Both the position numbers and the translations under genes were made by a program. A stretch of 64,000 bases of DNA, taken from positions 145,112 through 209,111 of the forward strand of contig CBDHGC010000004.1 of the NCBI GenBank assembly GCA_965262925.1, in the 5' to 3' direction. Positions 30,665 through 39,850 of the stretch are shown here, one piece after another. Each line of letters begins with the position of its first letter. Position 1 is the first letter of the stretch. The DNA is from Vicinamibacterales bacterium (GTDB taxonomy: Bacteria > Acidobacteriota > Vicinamibacteria > Vicinamibacterales > UBA8438). The notes below the pieces were generated by a model. It searched no databases. It saw only the letters and a program-made list of their open reading frames with translations, and was not told the origin of the DNA.

Positions 30665-30736
30665 GAGCCGTATGCGTTAGCGCGCACGTACGGATCTGTG
30701 CGGGGGGACCGGGGCAACCCGGCTCCCTACCGCAAC
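30665..30736 (+). ncRNA. Group II intron domains V-VI of the second intron remnant
   Basis: DV GAGCCGTATGCGTTAGCGCGCACGTACGGATC immediately after the RT stop, followed by a GC hairpin with a bulged A. The end near 30736 is approximate. Confidence 0.6.
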
Positions 30737-31222
30737 CGGACGAGAGGAAGCCGTACGTCCGCACGAAGGCCTTGGCCTTGCCCTTGAAGTCCACCTGCGC
30801 GTCCTCGTCCAGGTCGTGCACGTAGACCGCAGCACAGACGTCGAGGATCGGATCGAGCTGGTCGCGGTCGGCCCCACCGAGGTAGCGCTGGACGAGGTCT
30901 TCGATCTGCGCGGGTGAATAGACCTGGGCGGCATCGAGGTCCGCCTGCAGGTCGTGCAGCTTGTCGGGATCGCTCTCGCCGGCGAGGATCGTCGCGCGGT
31001 AATAGTCAGCGAAGGCGTCGCGGATGGTGTCGGCGTCGTTGAGGAGGTCGAGCACGAAGACGTCGTGCTTCTTCGGGTGTGCACGGTTGAGGCCTTGTCG
31101 GCGCAGATCAGGAAGCGGTACGGGTCCTCCCGGAGCTTCTGGGCGATCTCGTCATCCAGCGTTCTCATCAGTCGCGCCGTGATGCGTTCGTGTTTCTCCG
31201 GGATCGGGGTCGCAGAAAGCAC
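30737..31222 (-). pseudogene. hsdR: Type I restriction enzyme R-subunit (HsdR) C-terminal fragment, frameshifted and truncated
   Basis: VFVLDLLNDADTIRDAFADYYRATILAGESDPDKLHDLQADLDAAQVY...FKGKAKAFVRTYGFLS resembles the C-terminal region of HsdR. The upstream piece ERITARLMRTLDDEIAQKLREDPYRFLICADK is in another frame. Confidence 0.6.
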
Positions 31223-31943
31223 GCTGCACCCATTGAGCCCGCGGCACGACCTGCCGGACGGTCACCGCTCGACCCCGCAGCAACACGCGCCGGACAACCG
31301 GCCAGCACGCCGGACAAACGAAAACCGGCGGCCCACAGTCCGGCTCGACCAGGCGCAAGCGCCCGGTCGGCTCTACGAGGTAGAGACCCACGGTGTCATC
31401 CCCGGCACCAGTGGACGTCGACCCCGAAACACGTCGACGACGAGAAGCCAGCCGTGCCCGGGCAGGCGCTACCACGCTACGAGATGGTCGACGAAGGGAG
31501 GAGAAGAGCGAGAGGACTCGACGGGGAAAAAACACGAAGAACATGACAGGCACCCGGGACGAAACGAGTCGAGCTGGAGCGGGCCAGCCGCGGCCCGGGA
31601 GTACTGAACCACCAGCCGACTGAACCGGCCGGCCTCGTCCCACGCCGGGCAGCCGGGGCTCCTGCGCGGGAGCTACAGCCTGACCCGCGAGGCAAGTGGC
31701 GGCCAAGGCGCCTCACCGCGGCCGGTACGACCGCAGGGCCTTTGTCGGCCGTATGCTTGGCGAGACCTGCTGAAGAGGACGCCGCCCGCGTACATCGCGG
31801 CGGCTTCACGGCGGTGAGGTGCCGAGCGACGCCACCGTCTTCGACAGAAGGGGCCGGGGCGTAAGAGAGCACTATTAGGGGGCTGTCCGAGCCGGGCGGC
31901 CGAAGTGAGTCCATTTTCCTGGACGCAGATCGTGGAGGCTCCA

Positions 31944-34442
31944 ATGCCGAAGAGAACCCGGATGCTCATTGTCCTGCTGATGCTTCTGCCCTTGCCGGCG
32001 GCTGCGCAGGAAGTCGATACGGGCGAACCGCGCCGACAGGCCGAATCGAACGAGGAAGCCGGCCAACCGCCGGAGTTCACCGAGGAGGTGACCGTCAGGG
32101 TGACCGCGCGCAAGCGCGAGGAGGACCTGCAATCAGTGCCCTTCTCGATGGTTGCGCCGACGGAGGGGACGCTGCGCAACCGTGGCGCCGACAACATCGA
32201 GGACGTGTCGGCCAACGTCGCCGGCTTCTCGGTCCAGAACCTCGGTCCCGGCCAGAGCCAGATCGCGATGCGCGGCGTCTCGGCCGGGCAGATCGTGCGC
32301 GACCAGCCGGGCGTCAAGGAGCAGGTCGGCGTCTATCTCGACGAATCGGTCATCTCGCTGTCGCTGTTCACCCCGGACCTCGACCTGTTCGACATGTCGC
32401 GCATCGAGGTCCTGCGCGGCCCCCAGGGGACTCTGTTCGGGTCGGGGTCGCTGTCGGGCACGGTGCGCTACATCACGAACCAGCCGGCGCTCGGCGTCAC
32501 CGAGGCGGCGGGCGAGATCGGCTTCAGCTCCCTCCGCGGCGGCGGGCTCGGCAACAATGCGAAGTTCGCGGTCAACGTGCCGCTCGGGCCGGCCGCGGCG
32601 GCCCGGGTCACCGCCTACAACACCGCCATCGGCGGCTTCATCGACGCGGTGCAGCCGGACCTGAGCGTCAGGGAGAACGTCGACAGCGGCCGGCGCACCG
32701 GCGCCCGCGTGGCGCTGCGGGTGCAGCCGAACGAGCGGTTCGCCTTCACGCCACGGATCATCTACCAGGATGTGGCGATGGACGGCTGGAACCGGATCGA
32801 CGCTTACAACATCCTGGCCAACCCGTTCACCACCACGCGATCCGCCGTCACGCTGGGCGAACGCGAGCAGTTCACGCAGCTCGACGAGCCCTACACCGAC
32901 CAGTTCCTGTTGGGGGACTTCACGCTGGAGTACGACTTCGGCGGCGCGGCGCTGACTTCGGTCACCTCGCTCACCAACCGCAACGTGCAGGTGGTACGCG
33001 ATGCCTCGGCGCTCGGCGGCAGCGTCGCGTTCAGCCCCTTCGGCGTGCCGGAGGCGGCCTACTCGCTCGACTTCCCGCTGGTCGACGCCACCACTGCGAA
33101 GGGCGTCACGCAGGAGTTCCGGGTCGCGGGCGCCGGCGAGCGGGCGGACTGGGTGCTCGGCGCCTTCTACAGCAGGTCCGCGCGCCGGTACGGGCAGAGC
33201 GCGTACGCCGAAAACTTCGTGGCGGCCGGCGGTGCCGCGGTCACCGATTTCCTGCGCGTCGTGACCGGCGTCCCGGCTCTCGTCTGGTCGGGGACGCGCT
33301 CGCTGGCCGGTCATCCCGACACGGAAGAGCTGTTCTTCTCGGACCTGCGCTACGACTTCGACCAGCTCGCCCTGTTCGGCGAGGTGTCTCTGGCCGTCAC
33401 CGATCGGTTCAGCCTGACCGGCGGCCTCCGCTGGTACGACTTCGACGAGGAGCGCACCCAGGTGTTCGACGGGCTGTTCGCCGACCCGCTCGACAGCGAG
33501 GGGACTACGACCGCCACCGGCGGCGCGCCGCGGATCATTGCCAGCTACGACGTCACCGCGGCGACGCAGGTGAACGCGCAGGTCTCGAAGGGCTTCCGTC
33601 TCGGCGGCATCAACGATCCGCTCAACACGCCGATCTGCTCTCCGGCGGATCTCGCCACCTTCGGCGACCGCGGGACCTGGCAGGACGAGGAGCTGTGGAA
33701 CTACGAGGCGGGCGTCAAGTCGACCTTCCTCGGCGGACGTGGCACGTTCAACGCGTCCGGCTTCTACATGGACATCCGCAACCTGCAGGCGACGGTGACC
33801 GCCGGCACCTGCTCGTCGCGCATCATCTTCAACGTGCCGGATGCGCGTAGCGCCGGCGTAGAACTGGAGCTGGCCGCGCAGCCGACGAGCTTCTTCGACT
33901 TCGCCGTCTCGGCCAGCGTAACCGACGCCCGGCTGCAGTCGACCATCACGTCCACCGCCGCGGGCGGCGCGGTCGACATCGTGTCGGGTATCGAGGCGGG
34001 GCGGCGCCTGCCGACCACACCCCGCTTCCAGACCGCGGCGGCGGCCACCTGGCGCTGGCTGGCCGGCGGCGGCTGGGTGGGCTACGTCAGCGGCACCTTC
34101 CAGCACGTCGGCTCCCGCTTCACGCAGGTGGGCGACCAGGCCGAGGGCTTCGGCGCGGTCAACCTGATGGCGCTGTCTCCGGCCCTGCACCCGGGCGCGT
34201 TCATCGGCGGCCCGCTGACGCAGAGCACGTTCACGTTCAATCCGGAGCTGCCGGCCTACAACATCCTCAATACGCGGGTCGGCTTTCTCAACGGCCGCTG
34301 GGACGTCGCCTTCTTCGTCGACAACGCGACCGACGCGCGGGCCTTCCTGGCCCTCGACCAGGAGCGGGGCACGCTGGCCCGGGTCGGCTACTTGACGAAC
34401 CCGCCGCGGAGCTTCGGCGTCAGTACGCGCATCGACTTCTAA
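31944..34442 (+). CDS. TonB-dependent outer-membrane receptor
   Basis: GGAGG then ATG. Signal peptide MPKRTRMLIVLLMLLPLPAAAQE. Plug region VTARKREEDLQSVPFSM...EVLRGPQGTLFGSGS, a long beta-barrel and a terminal aromatic F. Confidence 0.9.
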   Translation: MPKRTRMLIVLLMLLPLPAAAQEVDTGEPRRQAESNEEAGQPPEFTEEVTVRVTARKREEDLQSVPFSMVAPTEGTLRNRGADNIEDVSANVAGFSVQNLGPGQSQIAMRGVSAGQIVRDQPGVKEQVGVYLDESVISLSLFTPDLDLFDMSRIEVLRGPQGTLFGSGSLSGTVRYITNQPALGVTEAAGEIGFSSLRGGGLGNNAKFAVNVPLGPAAAARVTAYNTAIGGFIDAVQPDLSVRENVDSGRRTGARVALRVQPNERFAFTPRIIYQDVAMDGWNRIDAYNILANPFTTTRSAVTLGEREQFTQLDEPYTDQFLLGDFTLEYDFGGAALTSVTSLTNRNVQVVRDASALGGSVAFSPFGVPEAAYSLDFPLVDATTAKGVTQEFRVAGAGERADWVLGAFYSRSARRYGQSAYAENFVAAGGAAVTDFLRVVTGVPALVWSGTRSLAGHPDTEELFFSDLRYDFDQLALFGEVSLAVTDRFSLTGGLRWYDFDEERTQVFDGLFADPLDSEGTTTATGGAPRIIASYDVTAATQVNAQVSKGFRLGGINDPLNTPICSPADLATFGDRGTWQDEELWNYEAGVKSTFLGGRGTFNASGFYMDIRNLQATVTAGTCSSRIIFNVPDARSAGVELELAAQPTSFFDFAVSASVTDARLQSTITSTAAGGAVDIVSGIEAGRRLPTTPRFQTAAAATWRWLAGGGWVGYVSGTFQHVGSRFTQVGDQAEGFGAVNLMALSPALHPGAFIGGPLTQSTFTFNPELPAYNILNTRVGFLNGRWDVAFFVDNATDARAFLALDQERGTLARVGYLTNPPRSFGVSTRIDF

Positions 34443-34846
34443 GGAGTCCTTCAACGTAACGTTCGACGGCGGCGCCTGACGAGCAACCGAAGAGCACAAC
34501 CAACACCGCAGCGAGCAGCGACCCGGCGAACCGGAACCAAAAACGCCGCTGACGGCCGACGGCGACGACAGACGGCGCCGCCGGCGCCGGGCGGCCGCAA
34601 CGCAGCAGCAACCCCGAGATCGGGGATAGAAGCACCTGCCCCGCGGCCCGCCCCTTTGGCCCCCCCCGGAATCGCGACCCGGCAGCACCTGAAGCACGAG
34701 CCGACTGAACCGGCCGGGCTGGTGCAACGCCAGGCAGCAGCGCCACCGTACCCGGAGTCCAGGAAAGAGGCTCATCCAGCCGGGACCCGGAACGGTCCCG
34801 AGCGGAACGAACACGAGCAGCATGGGAGCCGCCTGAGAGCACCCGG

Positions 34847-34964
34847 CTAACGCTTCCGCACACCGCCCCGCACGAGCCACGCCTCGACCGCGGGGCGGCT
34901 GAAGCGCGGCCGCTTGTCCACCCCCGGCAGCGTGGGGATGTGCCTGAACGGCTCGATCGAGTAC
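34847..34964 (-). pseudogene. Excisionase/AlpA-type HTH C-terminal fragment
   Basis: RYSIEPFRHIPTLPGVDKRPRFSRPAVEAWLVRGG. The upstream part of the listed ORF is the antisense of the capsid gene. Confidence 0.4.
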
Positions 34965-34973
34965 CTGGCCGGA

Positions 34974-36237
34974 ATGGTCGAGGATCCGCGGTCCGCGCGA
35001 GAGATGTTGGCCGAAATCGACTCCAAGAGCGCCGAGATCCGCGGGATCAAGAAGGCCTACGCAGACAGCGAGGACATCAGCATCACTCGGCGCCGAGTAC
35101 CAGAACGTCGAGACTCGCCACCGGGCCGCGATGGTGGCCGAAGACGCCGAGCTGCGCGCGGCCGAGACCGGCCGCGGCGGTGCCGACGAAGACGCCGAGA
35201 CACGCGCGCTGCGCGACTTGCAAGGGCGCGTGTCGCTCGGGCGCTACCTGACCGCGTTCGCCGATGGCGGACAAGTGGACGGCGCCGAAAAGGAGCTGGC
35301 CGAGCATCGCGGGCTTGCGGCGAATGCCGTCCTGTGGGACACGCTGCTACCGCCCGCGCCGGCCGCGGCCGAGCTGCGCGACGATGCCGTGACGCCGGCC
35401 CCGGCGAGCGGGAACCCGACCAATCAGGCGGCGATTCTCCAGCGGGTTTTCGCCCGTTCGGGCGTGGCCCGACTCGGTGTCATGATGCCGAGCGTCCCGG
35501 TTGGCGTGGCGAGCTACCCGATCATAACGACCGGGCAGACCGCCGCGTTTCTCGCCGCCGACGGCGAGAAGGACGCCGCGGCCGGTGTCATCGGGCCGAA
35601 TGTGCTCCTGCCCAAGCGCCTACAGGCGCGCGTTCAGTTTCGTCTCGAAGACGAGATGACGACGGCGGGACTTGACGCGGCGCTTACCGAAGACTTGCGA
35701 CTGACCATCGCCGATCAGCTCGACAAGCAACTGATCGGCGCCGGCAGCGCGCAGGTTCGCGGATTCCTGGCGACGGCGGCGAACGGCGGGATTCCCGACT
35801 ATGCCGATCCAACCGCCGTGGTCGACTTCGCCGCCGCGGCCGAACAGGCCGCCCGCGGTGTCGATGGCATCTTTGCCGGCGGTGAAAATGAGTGCGCATG
35901 GATCATCGGGACGGAGAGCTACGCGAAGCTGGCGAGCCTGATCCAAGCGAACGACAGCACGTCGGCCACGGAACGGTTGCGGCGCATTCTGGCGGACTTC
36001 ATGGCGTCGGCCAACATTCCCGACGCGGCGAGCAACATTCAACAGGGCATTCTCGCGAAGATGGGCGCCGCGGATGCCATGTCCGCCGTTTGTCCTGTAT
36101 GGGAAGGGCTCAAGCTGATCCGGGACGAAGTGACGAATGCCGACAAGGGCCAAGTGCAAGTAACGGCCGTCGCGTTGCACAACTTCAAGGTGCTGCGCCC
36201 GGCCGGTTTCGTTCGTACCAAGGTCAAAATCGCGTAA
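34974..36237 (+). pseudogene. HK97-family phage major capsid protein with an N-terminal frameshift (~35080)
   Basis: MVEDPRSAREMLAEIDSKSAEIRGIKKAYADSEDIS continues in the next frame as SLGAEYQNVETRHRAAMVAED... The body (35131..36237) shows the typical HK97 MCP pattern. Confidence 0.85.
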
Positions 36238-36259
36238 CCGGACGGCGGGAGCTGGCGCA

Positions 36260-36778
36260 ATGAAGACGACTTTCCGCGCCGCTGTCGAGCTACGGGACGG
36301 CGGCGCCGACTCGCCGGGACGCTTGACGGGACGCTTGATGCGCTACGGCGCGTCAGGCCAGTACGGCGGTGAGACGTTCGCACCTGGCGCGCTCAAGTGG
36401 CCCGACAACGGCATCCGGATCGACCTGGAGCACGCGAGCAGCCCGGCCCGCGGCAGCGTGCAGCCGCCCATCCTGCGCGCCGTGCCGGTGGTTTCGGATG
36501 ACGGGCTGGAAGTGCGCATCGACGCGCCCCTGCCGAACACGACCGCCGCGCGGGACCTGGCCGAATTGATGCGCGCCGACCCGCCCGTCTATTCCGGGCT
36601 GTCTGTCGAGTTTCACAGCGTCAGAGAACACCGGGCCGGCGGACAGCGTGTCATCGCAGAGGCGCGCCTAGACGGCGCCGCGTTGACCGACAATCCGAGC
36701 TACCCGGATACCGCCGTCGAAGTGCGGACCGGCGCATCGAACCGCCCGCCCCTGCGCGGTATCTTCCGATGGCTGTAG
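36260..36778 (+). CDS. HK97-family prohead protease
   Basis: GETFAPGALKW...IRIDLEHA...GLEVRIDAPLPNTTAARDLAELM...GLSVEF...LDGAALTDNPSYPDTAV fits the prohead protease pattern. Confidence 0.75.
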   Translation: MKTTFRAAVELRDGGADSPGRLTGRLMRYGASGQYGGETFAPGALKWPDNGIRIDLEHASSPARGSVQPPILRAVPVVSDDGLEVRIDAPLPNTTAARDLAELMRADPPVYSGLSVEFHSVREHRAGGQRVIAEARLDGAALTDNPSYPDTAVEVRTGASNRPPLRGIFRWL

Positions 36779-37113
36779 ACGCTGCCGGACTCGCCGCGGC
36801 GCTCGGCATCGAAGTGACCGACGCGGCCGACGACACGGACACCGGCATCATTGAAGCTGCCCGGTTGCTGTCGATTGCCGGCGAATTGGTGGACGCCTAC
36901 CTGCGCGGATCGACAAGCTGTCCGAACACCATCGTTGACGAGGCGGTGATTCGGACTGCCGGGCACGTCAAGGATCGGCGGACGTTCGGCGTACAGGAAG
37001 GGCGACTCAAGACGGGCGCCGTGCAGATGGACTTGTCGCCGGCCGCCGCGGGCGCGGTTCGCCAGTCCGGCGCCGGGGCGCTCCTGGCACCGTGGGTGAG
37101 GAGAACAGCATGA
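36769..37113 (+). CDS. Putative head-tail connector (gp6-like) protein
   Basis: 114-aa ORF overlapping the protease stop. Typical position and size, acidic N-terminus. Confidence 0.45.
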   Translation: MAVDAAGLAAALGIEVTDAADDTDTGIIEAARLLSIAGELVDAYLRGSTSCPNTIVDEAVIRTAGHVKDRRTFGVQEGRLKTGAVQMDLSPAAAGAVRQSGAGALLAPWVRRTA

Positions 37114-37337
37114 TCGAACCGAAACACCCGACCGTCCGAGTCGTCGTAACCGCGACCGATTCGGTCCGGGCTGTCATCGGCCGGATTGCCCGTGCGATGC
37201 CGACAGACGAGGCGGCCGGTGAATGGACCGCCGCGGCATGGTCGACGCGGCCGGGACCGGACAACGAGACACCGGCCGGGGCGATGACCGCGTTACTGCG
37301 GACCGCGGCCGGGTTCGTGGTCGTAGAGCAAGCCTGA
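37110..37337 (+). CDS. Small hypothetical phage protein
   Basis: GAGGAG then ATG. Overlaps the neighbouring genes at both ends (ATGA / TGATG). Confidence 0.35.
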   Translation: MIEPKHPTVRVVVTATDSVRAVIGRIARAMPTDEAAGEWTAAAWSTRPGPDNETPAGAMTALLRTAAGFVVVEQA

Positions 37338-38297
37338 TGATCAGCTTCGCCGAGTTTCGCCCGGCGCCGGCGCCGCGCCCCGAGATTCGGAGCGACGCTA
37401 CGTCGCTGGCAATCAACCTGCTCACGGCCGCGGTTGGCGCGTCGACGGCGCAGACCTGGGCCGCCGGCGCCGTCGAAGTCGCCGCGGGGCTGTGGGCGCG
37501 GTCGCTGAGCACGGCAACCGTGCCGGACGGCATACCCGTGGGGCCGCGCTGGCTGGCTGAGGTTGGGCGCGACCTGGCGCGCACTGGTCAGGCCGTCTAT
37601 CTGGTCGACGTGGCGCTACGGGGCCGGCTGAGGCTTCTGAGGGCCACGATAACGGACGTGTGGGGCGACGGTCCCGATCCGGCGGATTGGTGGTATCGAC
37701 TAACCGTCACGGGACCGCGCACCACGAACACCGTCACGGCGCCGGCCGCCTCAGTCGTTCACATCCGTTACGCAACCGAATCGCACAGCCCGGCCCGCGG
37801 TGTCTCGCCGCTCCAATACGCCGCCCTTACCGGCACCTTGACCGCGAACTTGGAGCAATCGCTTGGGTTCGAGGCGGGCGGTGCTGTGGCGAATCTGATC
37901 GCGCTGCCGGCCAGTTACAACGGGCAGCAGCCGACCGAGACCGGCGACGATGGCGAACCGTTGCCGCAGGACAATCCGCTGCCGTCCGACAACCTGGCGG
38001 AAGTCATACGGACCGCGAAGGGCCGCACCCTGCTACCAGAGACCACGGCGGACAACTGGAATGGAGACCCGAACGCCCGACCGCCGCGGCGAGACTTCGA
38101 GCCGCAACGGCTCGGCGCCGATCCGCCGCAAGCGCTGATCCAACTTCGCCGGCACGTCGAAGACAGCGTGCTCGGCTGCTTCGGTGTCCCGGCCCCGCTC
38201 GGACCGGGCGGACTAACAGACGGGACCGCGTCGCGAGAGGGCGCCCGCCGTCTGTGGACTCTGACCGTTCAACCGCTCGCCGCCGTCATCGCCGAAG
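37337..38297 (+). pseudogene. HK97-family phage portal protein, 3-prime truncated by an IS1182-type element
   Basis: VVHIRYATESHSPARGVSPLQ, VLGCFGVPAPL and EGARRLWTLTVQPLAAVIAE blocks. The reading frame runs into the IS at ~38298. Confidence 0.7.
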
Positions 38298-39850
38298 ACG
38301 GAAGGACTCGATGTCGACCACATTCCGCCCCTACGTGCCTGACCAGTCGCTGCTGTTGCCGCCCGACGTTCGGGAGTGGCTGCCCGAGGGCCACTTGGCG
38401 CACCATGTCAGCGATCTGGTGGACGGTCTGGATCTGACGGCGTTCTACGCTCTGTACGAGGGGGACGGCCGTCGCAACGCGCCGTATGAGCCTCGGATGA
38501 TGGTGAAGGTGCTGCTCTACGCCTACGCGACGGGGGTATTCTCGTCGCGCCGGGTCGCTCGGAAGCTGGAAGAGGACGTTGGTTTCCGGGTGCTGGCGGC
38601 GGGCAACTTTCCGCAACACCGGACGCTGTGCGAGTTTCGGCGTCGGCACCTGGAGGATTTCCAGGCGCTGTTCGTGGAGGTGGTCCGTCTGGCGCAGGAG
38701 TTGGGTCTGGCGCGCTTGGGGAAGCTGTCGATCGACGGTACGAAGGTGCGCGCGAACGCGAGTAAGCGCAAGGCGATGAGCTACGACCGGATGCAGGAAG
38801 AGGAACAGCGCCTGGAAAGCGAGGTCGAGGCGCTGTTGCGTCAGGCGGATGCGGTTGACGAGGCCGAGGACTCGCGCTTGGGCGCGGAGGTTCGGGGCGA
38901 CGATCTGCCGGCGGAGTTGCGTCGGCGAGAAGAGCGTCTGGCGGCGATCCGGGAAGCGAAGGCGCGTCTGGAAGCGGCGGCTCGGGCGGCGGACGACGCG
39001 CGGGGTCGGCAGCCGGGGCAGGATCGGAACCCGAAGGGCGGTCGGCCGTACAAGCGGGCGTATGGCGAGCCGGACGAGAAAGCGCAGAGCAACTTCACGG
39101 ACCCGGAAAGCTCGATCATGAAGACGAGCAACGAGGGATTCCAGCAGTGCTACAACGCGCAGGTGACGGTGGACGCGGAGCACCAGTTGGTGGTGGCGAC
39201 GGACCTGACGGCGAACGCGAGCGACCAGGGTGAGTTGCCGGTGTTGCTCGACGCGGTAAAGGAGACGTTCGCCGCGCAGCCGGAGACGGTGCTGGCCGAT
39301 GCGGGGTACTGCAACGAGCGGGACCTGACCGACCTGGAAAAGCGGGGCATTGACGGGTATGTGGCGCCGGGCCGGGAGGGCAAGCAGACGGCTACCCGTG
39401 ATCTGAAGGCCCATCCGGCGACGGGTCGTATGGTGGAGAAGCTGGCGACGCCCGCGGGCCGGACGGCGTATGCGGAGCGCAAGTGGTTGTCGGAGGCTCC
39501 CAACGGCTGGATCAAGCACGTGCTGGGCTTCCGGCGCTTCAGCCTGCGCGGGCTGGCGAAGGTGCGGTGCGAGTGGGACTTGGTGTGCCTGGCGTTGAAC
39601 GTCAAGCGCCTGCAGCCGCTGATGGCGGCGTAGAAGGCGGGATATGAGGCTCACAACGGCGACAAATCGATGCGCATCGCGGTCTCTGGCGGGCCATGCG
39701 GCCCGCGAGGACCGAATTTTGTCATCTGTTCGCCAACTACCGAAAATCCACCCCGCCCCGCTGACCGGCGAAGTCGCCCCGACACGTGACTCAGGTCGTG
39801 GGCCGGCGACCCGTTGCGTGCCGCAAATCTCCTGCGGCGCAGACTCCTAG
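38298..39850 (+). mobile_element. IS1182-type (IS5 superfamily) element, copy A, lacking its left inverted repeat
   Basis: Identical to copy B from ~13 nt upstream of the ATG to the right end ...CTGCGGCGCAGACTCCTAG. The ~50-bp left end with the IR CTAGGAGTCTGCGCCGCAG is absent. Confidence 0.8.
38311..39633 (+). CDS. IS1182-type DDE transposase
   Basis: 440 aa. N-terminal MSTTFRPYVPDQSLLLPPDVREWLPEGHLAHHV, a central coiled coil and C-terminal DDE with NGWIKHVLGFRRFSLRGL. Confidence 0.85.
   Translation: MSTTFRPYVPDQSLLLPPDVREWLPEGHLAHHVSDLVDGLDLTAFYALYEGDGRRNAPYEPRMMVKVLLYAYATGVFSSRRVARKLEEDVGFRVLAAGNFPQHRTLCEFRRRHLEDFQALFVEVVRLAQELGLARLGKLSIDGTKVRANASKRKAMSYDRMQEEEQRLESEVEALLRQADAVDEAEDSRLGAEVRGDDLPAELRRREERLAAIREAKARLEAAARAADDARGRQPGQDRNPKGGRPYKRAYGEPDEKAQSNFTDPESSIMKTSNEGFQQCYNAQVTVDAEHQLVVATDLTANASDQGELPVLLDAVKETFAAQPETVLADAGYCNERDLTDLEKRGIDGYVAPGREGKQTATRDLKAHPATGRMVEKLATPAGRTAYAERKWLSEAPNGWIKHVLGFRRFSLRGLAKVRCEWDLVCLALNVKRLQPLMAA

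Noticed and set aside
31190-31900. Promoter or riboswitch upstream of the TonB-dependent receptor
   Set aside because: No recognisable -35/-10 pair or known riboswitch core (for example a cobalamin B12 box) could be found by eye in this GC-rich leader.
32133-34880. 915-aa minus-strand ORF
   Set aside because: It is antisense to the well-supported TonB-dependent receptor gene, with Arg/Gly/Ala-rich shadow composition.
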